From assembly GCA_024277355.1 (NCBI GenBank), contig JAJRVL010000001.1, positions 102,363 to 134,362 on the forward strand: a stretch of 32,000 bases of DNA, read 5' to 3'. The notes beneath the pieces were generated by a model. The model was not told where the DNA came from, did no database searches, and worked only from the letters and a program-made list of their open reading frames with translations. Both the position numbers and the translations under genes were made by a program. This DNA is from an archaeon. GTDB lineage: Archaea; Iainarchaeota; Iainarchaeia; Iainarchaeales; 1-14-0-10-31-34. How positions within the stretch are numbered: position 1 is the stretch's first letter; the number at the start of each line of letters is the position of its first letter. Below, piece by piece: positions 24,304 to 31,195 of this stretch.

Positions 24304-25803
24304 ATGGATTTTAGAGTAAGAAACGGGCCATGGGAACAAATTTTTTCAGGAAACATGGAAGGATTTGAAATAGAAATTCATTCAAATCCAAAAAGCTTAA
24401 TTTTAGTTACAGTAATAGAAAAAGAAAATGAAGAAATACAAGGAGCAGTAATAGAAATATATAAAGTGTTTTTTGCTGAAGGCAGCATTGAAGATTTTAT
24501 TGAAACTCTTCCAAAAGAAGCAACAGTTTTATTAAAACATGAACCAAAAGAAACACTAAAATTTATGTTATTAAGTTCATCTCCAAGTTATGTTAAATAT
24601 GAAGAAAATGTTTTTTGCGATGAAGCAGAAGATTTAATAGAAAAAATTAATACTTCAAGTTCAATGATGAAAGATTTTTCCAAAGCATATGACCTTCAAT
24701 TAACTGAATTAGATAAGTCTCCTGAAAGAATCAAAAGCTCCTTTTTTTCACAGTCATTAATTGCACCATTACTTATTCCAAAAGGAATGGAAAATAAAAA
24801 TTCAGCTGAATCAACTCTTCAAATAACAGGAAAAGGAACAGTAATGCTGGGTTTAACTAAAGCAAATACAATGATTAAAGAACCATTGGAATTAATGATG
24901 AAAACCACAATTTTTGGTTCAACTCCAAAAGACAGAAAACATGTAATTCATTTAATTGCAGAAGGAGCATTACTTGATAATACTCCTGTGTTGATTTTTG
25001 ACAGAGATAAATCTTTTATCGGCTTAAACAAGCCAAATCCAGATGAAAAAATATTGAAAGAGTATGGAATTGATTTAGAGCCAATGGGGTTTCCAATAAA
25101 GCATTTTACAAGAGAAGAATTTAACATTGACTTAAATTTAATCAGCATTAAAGGATTATTAGAATTAATTGGAATGAAAGAAGGCGAAGAACAAAATATT
25201 ATTTCAAAATTAATTAAAGACACAAAACCAAAATCAATAAAAGAATTAATTGAAGCAGCAAAAAAACTTCCTACAAGAGATGAATCAAAAATAACAAACA
25301 AATACCGTTCAATCAGAATACTAAGTTTAATTGACAACAAATACAAGGGATTATTTAACGGAGAAAACAACATAAAAGAAATAACTAAAAGTTCAGGAAA
25401 AACAATTGGAAGAGTAGGAATAATTCATTTAGAAGGATTAGATGAAACAGCTTTAAGTTTATTAATTCACAGCATGCTTAAAGGAATTTATTTAGAATAC
25501 AGTAAATCAAAACAAAAAATTAATTCAATGATTTTTTTGCCTGAAATAAAACCGATTCTTTACTCAAAAAACAACAGTATTATTACAAAAGAAATAATTG
25601 AATTATTAGACAAACTTAAATCAGTTGGAATTGGTTTTGCTTTAAGCTCAGACAGGCCAATTGACTTAAGAAAAGAAATAATGAAAATCTCTGAAGCAGA
25701 AATATTTTTAATTAACAGAAATGACGTTGGAGTAAAAGTAGCTAAAAGCAAACAATTCAGAATAAAATTAAATCCAACTTTAAGTGCCTGTGAAGAAAAA
25801 TAA
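24304..25803 (+). CDS. HerA/DUF87-like P-loop NTPase homolog with degenerate catalytic motifs (499 aa) and a novel ~170-aa N-terminal domain
   Basis: Collinear matches to the HerA/DUF87 layout: KTTIFGSTPKDRKHVIHLIAEG..PVLIFDRDKSF vs the h-G-x-T-G-S-G-K-S ... viDphgEY pattern; GRVGIIHLEGLDETALSLLIHSMLKGIY vs iiDLSgl..e....vv; SMIFLPEIKPIL vs hhhhEEAH; LKSVGIGFALSSDRPIDL vs GRKyGvgl.lvsQrPs.l. The family call comes from recalled motif patterns, not from a search. Confidence 0.6.
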   Translation: MDFRVRNGPWEQIFSGNMEGFEIEIHSNPKSLILVTVIEKENEEIQGAVIEIYKVFFAEGSIEDFIETLPKEATVLLKHEPKETLKFMLLSSSPSYVKYEENVFCDEAEDLIEKINTSSSMMKDFSKAYDLQLTELDKSPERIKSSFFSQSLIAPLLIPKGMENKNSAESTLQITGKGTVMLGLTKANTMIKEPLELMMKTTIFGSTPKDRKHVIHLIAEGALLDNTPVLIFDRDKSFIGLNKPNPDEKILKEYGIDLEPMGFPIKHFTREEFNIDLNLISIKGLLELIGMKEGEEQNIISKLIKDTKPKSIKELIEAAKKLPTRDESKITNKYRSIRILSLIDNKYKGLFNGENNIKEITKSSGKTIGRVGIIHLEGLDETALSLLIHSMLKGIYLEYSKSKQKINSMIFLPEIKPILYSKNNSIITKEIIELLDKLKSVGIGFALSSDRPIDLRKEIMKISEAEIFLINRNDVGVKVAKSKQFRIKLNPTLSACEEK

Positions 25804-25812
25804 TTAGTTATG

Positions 25813-25837
25813 TTTTTAGTTTAATTTTTTGGTTTTT
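25813..25837 (+). terminator. Oligo-T tracts (T5, T6, T5) just after the HerA-like gene; candidate archaeal intrinsic terminator
   Basis: The sequence reads TAAttagttatgTTTTTagtttaaTTTTTTggTTTTTc, in a convergent gene arrangement. The context is T-rich, so specificity is low. Confidence 0.35.
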
Positions 25838-25849
25838 CTTTTCTTCTTT

Positions 25850-26329
25850 TTACTTTTTTGTTTTTTTCTTTTTTGTTTTTGGAGCACTTGATTTATTATT
25901 TGAAATTAAATCTTTCACTTGGCCTAAAGTAACAAACTCTAAGGGATTAATTGCTTCAATAATATATTTTAATTCCTTTAAGTCTTCAGATTTAGCAAAA
26001 GAAGAATTCATTTTATTTAAATCAGATTTAATTTCATTTAACATAAAATCATTTTGCTTGACTTTTTCCTCTAATTCTTCAACTAAATCATTTACTTCAG
26101 TTGAAACTCCTTCAGACTGAACAGAAGCAACAGGTTTTTTTTGTTCAAAAGCCTTTAATTTTTTGTTTAAAATAATAAAATTTCTTCCAAGAATTTTTTC
26201 ATTTCTAACCAAATAATTCATTTTCTGGCTTAACAATAAAACAGAACTGTTTAATGCCCTGATATCCCGAATAATATCTTCTAAAGTATAACCTGAACTC
26301 TTTCCTTTTTCAGCTCGTCTATGAGGCAT
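25850..26329 (-). CDS. Coiled-coil protein (159 aa) with a poly-Lys C-tail, unknown function
   Basis: GGAG (reverse complement of ctcc in 26336-26340) lies 6 nt upstream of the ATG. Heptad-like segments include LVEELEEKVKQNDFMLNEIKSDLNKMNSSF. It ends APKTKKKKTKK. Confidence 0.75.
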   Translation of the reverse strand: MPHRRAEKGKSSGYTLEDIIRDIRALNSSVLLLSQKMNYLVRNEKILGRNFIILNKKLKAFEQKKPVASVQSEGVSTEVNDLVEELEEKVKQNDFMLNEIKSDLNKMNSSFAKSEDLKELKYIIEAINPLEFVTLGQVKDLISNNKSSAPKTKKKKTKK

Positions 26330-26403
26330 AATAAACTCCTAAAACGAATAATAAAGGATTTATCTTTTAATAAACTTTGTCTTTGCATTAAATAAGAGCC
26401 AAA

Positions 26404-28791
26404 ATGAAAACAAAAGGAATACTTTTAGATTTAGATTCAATCCAGGAAAACGAAAAATCAGTAATAAGGTTATTTGTCAAAACAGAAAACAGAATAGAAA
26501 TCTTTAAAGACAAAAATTTTAGTCCTTACTTTTATGTTAAAGCATTAGACAACAAAAAAGCAATAAAAGACATAATAGAAAAAGAATTTGAAGGAAAAGA
26601 AAAAAAATTTAAAGCCATTAAAGCAGAAGAATCAATTGAAGGTTCAATTAAAATTTATTTTAATTCAACAACAGACTTAGTTGAAGCCCTGCAACAAATA
26701 AAAGAAATTTCAGGAATAACAGAAAAAAGAGAATATGATTTTATTTTTACTTCAAGGTATTTAATTGATAAAGGATTAGAACCATTAAATGGAATTGAAA
26801 TTGAAGAAGAAGAAAAAGAAATTAATTCAATTAAAAAAATTGAAACAGAAACTGAATTAAATTTCATTGCATTTGATTTAGAAACTTATTCTGAAACAAA
26901 ATTTAGTGATGCAAAGTTTGATCCAATTCTTATGTCTGCAGTAACTTTTTTTGACAAAAAAACAAATAAACTTAAAACAGAAATAATTACAACAAAAAAA
27001 GGCTCAAATGTTTTATTAGTAAAAGAAGAAAAAGAAATAATAGAAAAACTAAAAGAAAAAATTCAGGGAAAAGATGTATTAATTACTTATAATGGAGATT
27101 CATTTGATCTGCCTTATGCAAAAGAAAGAGCAAGAAAACTAAAAACAAGATTTGATATTGGAATTGACGGAAGTGAACCATTAATCAGAAGAAAAGGATT
27201 ATATAATGCAACAAGAGTAAAAGGAATCCCGCATTTTGATGCATATCAATTAGTTAGAATTCTTGCAAGATTTGGAATAATTAATTCAATTAAATATGAT
27301 TTAGAGACAATAGTTAATTCAATTTACGGCATAAAAAAAGAAAAAATTAAAGCAGAAGACATAACAAGAATATGGAAAACCGGAGAAGGCTATGAAAAAT
27401 TACTTAAATATAATTATGAGGATTCAGAATATACTTATAAAATTGCATTTGATTTTTTTCCTTTAATGGCTGAATTAGGAAAATTAACTAAACAAACTTT
27501 ATTTGAAGTTAACAGGAGTTCTGCCAGCGACATGGTGGAAAAATTACTTATAAATAAAAGTTTTCAGGAAAAAAAACTTTTTCCAAATAAACCAAATGAA
27601 ACTGAAATAAAAAAAAGAATTATGCAGTCATTAAAAGGAGGCCATGTAAGAGAACCAATTGCAGGACTGCATGAAAACATTGCAGTATTAGACTTTAGAA
27701 GTTTGCATCCAAGCATAATGATTTCTCATAATATTTCGCCTGAAACAATTAATTGTAAATGCTGTAAAAATGGAAAGCATGTTTCTCCTGAAGGGAATTG
27801 GTTTTGCGAAAACAAAAAAGGTTTTCTGCCTTCAATTCAAAAAGAATTATTAGACAAAAGAACTGAATTAAAAAATGAATTAAAAAAAGAAAAAAATGAA
27901 TTAAAAAAAACTTCATTAAATGCAAGACAGCATGCAATGAAAATTTTATTAAACAGTTTTTATGGTTATTTAGCTTATGAAAGAAGCAGATGGTATTCTT
28001 TTGAATCAGCTAAAGCTGTTACTGCATGGAGCAGATATTACATAAAAGAAATAGCAAAAAAAGCAGAAGAACAAGGTTTTACAGTTATTTACGGAGACAC
28101 TGATTCTGCTTTTATTAAAATGCCCAAAACCAAAACAAAAAAAGATGTATTGGATTTTGTTAAAAAAATTAATTTAGATCTTCCAGGAGTAATGGAATTA
28201 GAATTAGAAGGTTTTTTTAAAAGAGGAATTTTTGTAACAAAAAAAGAAGGAACTGCAGCAAAAAAAAGATATGCTTTAATTGACGAAAAAGACAAATTGA
28301 AAATTGTAGGTTTTGAATATGTCAGAAGAGATTGGTCAGGAATAGCAAAAAATACTCAAAAAAAAGTAATTGAATTAGTTTTAAAAGAAGGAAAACCTGA
28401 AAAAGCTATTCAGGAAGTAAAAAAAGTAATTAAAGAATTAAAAGAAGGAAAAATACAAAAAAAAGATTTAGTTATTTTTTCGCAGATAAAAAAAAGCATT
28501 GGAAGCTATGATGCAATAGGCCCTCATGTAAGTGCAGCCAAAAAAGCAATAAAAAAAGGAAAATCAATTGGAACTGGAAGCATTATTGGATATATTATTA
28601 CCAGAAATGGAAAAAGTATTTCAGATAAATCTGAATTAGAAGAATTTGTTGAAGAAGGAAATTATGATTCAGAATATTACATTAAAAATCAGGTTATTCC
28701 TGCAGTAATAAAAATAATTCAGGAATTTGGTTATGACGAAAAAGACTTAATTTTAGGCGGAAAACAAAGTTCTTTAAGCGCTTTTGGTTGA
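26404..28791 (+). CDS. polB: Family-B DNA polymerase (795 aa), archaeal type, with intact 3'-5' exonuclease motifs
   Basis: Exo I is IAFDLETYS, Exo II is YNGDSFDLPY and Exo III is YNYEDSEYTY. Pol motif A is LDFRSLHPSIM, motif B is KILLNSFYGY, motif C is YGDTDS, and KKRYA is present. The N-terminus ILLDLDSI..KSVIRLFVK..FSPYFYV is typical of archaeal PolB. Confidence 0.97.
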   Translation: MKTKGILLDLDSIQENEKSVIRLFVKTENRIEIFKDKNFSPYFYVKALDNKKAIKDIIEKEFEGKEKKFKAIKAEESIEGSIKIYFNSTTDLVEALQQIKEISGITEKREYDFIFTSRYLIDKGLEPLNGIEIEEEEKEINSIKKIETETELNFIAFDLETYSETKFSDAKFDPILMSAVTFFDKKTNKLKTEIITTKKGSNVLLVKEEKEIIEKLKEKIQGKDVLITYNGDSFDLPYAKERARKLKTRFDIGIDGSEPLIRRKGLYNATRVKGIPHFDAYQLVRILARFGIINSIKYDLETIVNSIYGIKKEKIKAEDITRIWKTGEGYEKLLKYNYEDSEYTYKIAFDFFPLMAELGKLTKQTLFEVNRSSASDMVEKLLINKSFQEKKLFPNKPNETEIKKRIMQSLKGGHVREPIAGLHENIAVLDFRSLHPSIMISHNISPETINCKCCKNGKHVSPEGNWFCENKKGFLPSIQKELLDKRTELKNELKKEKNELKKTSLNARQHAMKILLNSFYGYLAYERSRWYSFESAKAVTAWSRYYIKEIAKKAEEQGFTVIYGDTDSAFIKMPKTKTKKDVLDFVKKINLDLPGVMELELEGFFKRGIFVTKKEGTAAKKRYALIDEKDKLKIVGFEYVRRDWSGIAKNTQKKVIELVLKEGKPEKAIQEVKKVIKELKEGKIQKKDLVIFSQIKKSIGSYDAIGPHVSAAKKAIKKGKSIGTGSIIGYIITRNGKSISDKSELEEFVEEGNYDSEYYIKNQVIPAVIKIIQEFGYDEKDLILGGKQSSLSAFG

Positions 28792-28801
28792 AGTGATATT
28801 A

Positions 28802-29695
28802 ATGGAAAAAGAAGAATTTGAAAATTATATTAAAGCCGGAAAAATCCTGAAAACAGTTCAAGACAATGCAAGAAAAAAAGCCAAAATTGGAATGAAATTA
28901 TTGGATTTAGCTGAAAGCATTGAAAAAGAAATATTTGATGCAAAAGCAGGAATGGCTTTTCCTGTTAATTTATCCGCTAATAATTTAGCTGCACATTATA
29001 CTCCTTCATTTAATGATGAAACTTTAATTGAAGAAAAAGACATATTAAAAATTGACATTGGAGTTCATGTTGAAGGATTTATTGCTGATGCATCTTTTAC
29101 AGTTGATTTTTCTGAAGAAAATTCAAAGTTAGTTGAAGCAACAGAACAAGCATTAGAAAATGCATTAAGCATGATTAAAATTGGAACACAAATAGGAAAA
29201 ATTGGAGAGGAAATTGAAAAAACAATTACTTCTTTTGGATTTAAGCCAATAGAAAATCTTTCAGGACACGGATTAATGAAATTTATTGCTCATGCATCTC
29301 CTTCAATTCCAAACATCTCAAAAAATGATTCAAGAACAATAGAAGAAGGAAAAGCTTATGCAATTGAACCTTTTGCTTCAACAGGAAAAGGAAGAGTAAA
29401 AGAAGCAACAAAAACAGAAATCTTTGAGTTTGCAAAACAAATTCCTTTAAGAAATTTAGATGCAAGAAAAATACAGGCAAAAGCAATAGAAGAATTTAAT
29501 GGATTGCCGTTTGCTGAAAGATGGTTAATGAAAGAATTCGGAGAAACAAAAACAAAAATTGCTTTAAGGGAATTATTACTTAAAGGGTCAATTAGCGGGC
29601 ATCCAATATTAAAAGAAGACAAAGACATATTAGTCAGCCAGGCAGAACATACAATAATTGCTTTTAACGAAGAAATTCACATAACAACCAAATAA
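28802..29695 (+). CDS. map: Methionine aminopeptidase, type 2 (archaeal/eukaryotic class)
   Basis: Motifs AAHYTP, DIGVHVEGFIADASFTV, SGHGL, AIEPF and QAEHTI are present, covering the metal ligands and catalytic His. I prefer the ATG at 28802 (297 aa, AAGTGAT 4-5 nt upstream) over the TTG at 28784 in the ORF track, which overlaps the polB stop. Confidence 0.93.
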   Translation: MEKEEFENYIKAGKILKTVQDNARKKAKIGMKLLDLAESIEKEIFDAKAGMAFPVNLSANNLAAHYTPSFNDETLIEEKDILKIDIGVHVEGFIADASFTVDFSEENSKLVEATEQALENALSMIKIGTQIGKIGEEIEKTITSFGFKPIENLSGHGLMKFIAHASPSIPNISKNDSRTIEEGKAYAIEPFASTGKGRVKEATKTEIFEFAKQIPLRNLDARKIQAKAIEEFNGLPFAERWLMKEFGETKTKIALRELLLKGSISGHPILKEDKDILVSQAEHTIIAFNEEIHITTK

Positions 29696-29702
29696 GAAAA
29701 TA

Positions 29703-29710
29703 TTTTAAAC
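29703..29710 (+). promoter_or_regulatory. TATA-like box TTTTAAAC, exactly 22 nt before the ATG of the PKD-repeat protein gene
   Basis: The sequence reads aaaataTTTTAAACccaaacaacctttttattttaaATG, with no SD in the spacer. Confidence 0.4.
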
Positions 29711-29732
29711 CCAAACAACCTTTTTATTTTAA

Positions 29733-31163
29733 ATGAAAAAATTAATTGTAATTTTATTTGCTTTATTTTTTGCTTCAACTGCTTACTCATTAACAATTAA
29801 TTTAACTGCAAATCCAACAGTAGTTGATGTAGGTGATCCAGTAACTTTTACAGCAGTAATAACTCCTGAAGGAGCAGAAACAGGACCCTATGTTTTTGAA
29901 TGGGATTTTGATGATGGAAGCCCAATAGAAACAATAACAATAAATGATCCAGAAAATACTGTTACAACAACTCACACTTATACTGCAACAGGAGATTATC
30001 AAACAGAATTAGAAGTAACTTTTGATCCAGATGGAACTGGAACCACAACAGATAATACAGATGAAGATATTGACATTGAAGTTTATGGATTGACTATTAT
30101 TTTAACTACTATTCCTGATCCAGCAACAGGAGACATTCCTTTTACAGTAAATTTAACTGCAACTGCAACAGGCGGAACAGCACCATATGTTTTTGAATGG
30201 GATTTTGAAGGAGACGGAACAATTGACGCAACAGAAAATACTTCCGGCACATCAAATTTAATTCATGAATATACAACTCAAGATACTTTTACAGTAAAAG
30301 TAAAAGCAATAGATACAATGCTTAGATCTGCTGAAACAACAGCAACAGTAATTGGAACAATTGGAGGAAATATTGCTCCAATAGCTGAAACAAACGGACC
30401 CTACCTAAATCACATAGGAATTTTATTTGATTTAAATAGTGATGGAAGCACTGATTCAGGAGGAGGCGGAGGACCAGGCGGAATCCAAAATTATTCTTGG
30501 ATAATAGAATTACAGGCAGGAAACCCTCAATGTGTTTTTACTTTTACTGGAACAAACTCTATTTCAGGAAATCCCTCAAATAGATATAGATATCCAGAAG
30601 TAGTGTGCAGTGATATTGGAACAGCAAAATTAACTTTAACTGTAACAGACAATGAAGGAGCAACAGATTCAGCTGCAACAATAATTAAAATTAATCCGAC
30701 TCAAACAACAGACAAAGTTAATATAGTTAAAATGGAAATACAACCAGAAATACTAAAAACAGGAACAGACTTAACTGTTTTAATTACAGTAAGAAATGAA
30801 ACCAATGAAATCCAAACATTTGATGTAAATTATCAAATCAAAGAAGGTATGCCGGATACAAATATTAGTAATTTACCAAACTTAATTCAAAATTTAGAAT
30901 TATTAAATCAAACAGTTAATGGTTATTCACAAAAAGAATTTATTTTAGTGATTCCTACTGCAGATTTAGAAGCAAACTTAGAAGGTCAAAAAAATTATTG
31001 GATTTATGCAACAGCAATTGTCTCAGGAGAAAATAATAAAATATTTAATAAAAGAAGAGCAATATTTAATTATAGTGCAATCAGAACAGTTCAATTACCT
31101 GAAACAAATTTTATAGGAATACTAAGTGTTTTGCTGATAAGCCTGATTATTCTAAAAAGATAG
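29733..31163 (+). CDS. Secreted PKD-repeat surface protein (476 aa) with an LPETN + TM + KR C-terminal anchor or sorting signal
   Basis: The signal peptide is MKKLIVILFALFFASTAYS. Two clear PKD domains are present (VTFTA...YVFEWDFDDGSP...HTYTATGDYQTELEV and FTVNLTA...YVFEWDFEGDG...HEYTTQDTFTVKVKA) plus a third PKD-like unit (YSWII...LTLTVTDNEGATDSA) and a CARDB-like unit (LTVLITVRNETNEIQTF). The C-terminus is QLPETNFIGILSVLLISLIILKR. Confidence 0.9.
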   Translation: MKKLIVILFALFFASTAYSLTINLTANPTVVDVGDPVTFTAVITPEGAETGPYVFEWDFDDGSPIETITINDPENTVTTTHTYTATGDYQTELEVTFDPDGTGTTTDNTDEDIDIEVYGLTIILTTIPDPATGDIPFTVNLTATATGGTAPYVFEWDFEGDGTIDATENTSGTSNLIHEYTTQDTFTVKVKAIDTMLRSAETTATVIGTIGGNIAPIAETNGPYLNHIGILFDLNSDGSTDSGGGGGPGGIQNYSWIIELQAGNPQCVFTFTGTNSISGNPSNRYRYPEVVCSDIGTAKLTLTVTDNEGATDSAATIIKINPTQTTDKVNIVKMEIQPEILKTGTDLTVLITVRNETNEIQTFDVNYQIKEGMPDTNISNLPNLIQNLELLNQTVNGYSQKEFILVIPTADLEANLEGQKNYWIYATAIVSGENNKIFNKRRAIFNYSAIRTVQLPETNFIGILSVLLISLIILKR

Positions 31164-31165
31164 GG

Positions 31166-31173
31166 TTTTAAAC
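31166..31173 (+). promoter_or_regulatory. TATA-like box TTTTAAAC, exactly 22 nt before the ATG of the right-edge secreted protein gene
   Basis: The sequence reads tagggTTTTAAACaaaaaaaacattttattaactaATG, with no SD in the spacer. Confidence 0.4.
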
Positions 31174-31195
31174 AAAAAAAACATTTTATTAACTA

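Noticed and set aside
24948-25751. Minus-strand ORFs 24948-25373 and 25560-25751 inside the HerA-like gene
   Set aside because: They are shadow ORFs within a + strand gene that has collinear family motifs.
24304-25803. HerA-based anti-phage defence system (Sir2-HerA, DUF4297-HerA) or a HerA-NurA repair module
   Set aside because: No Sir2, DUF4297, NurA, Mre11 or Rad50-like partner lies next to it, and the P-loop looks non-functional. The neighbours are coiled-coil and membrane proteins.
28784-28801. TTG start at 28784 for the methionine aminopeptidase (ORF track)
   Set aside because: It would overlap the polB stop and add MVEVIL before a well-placed ATG at 28802. That ATG has an AAGTGAT SD-like element upstream and gives a length (~297 aa) typical of archaeal type-2 MetAP. 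The choice is not decisive without homolog alignment.
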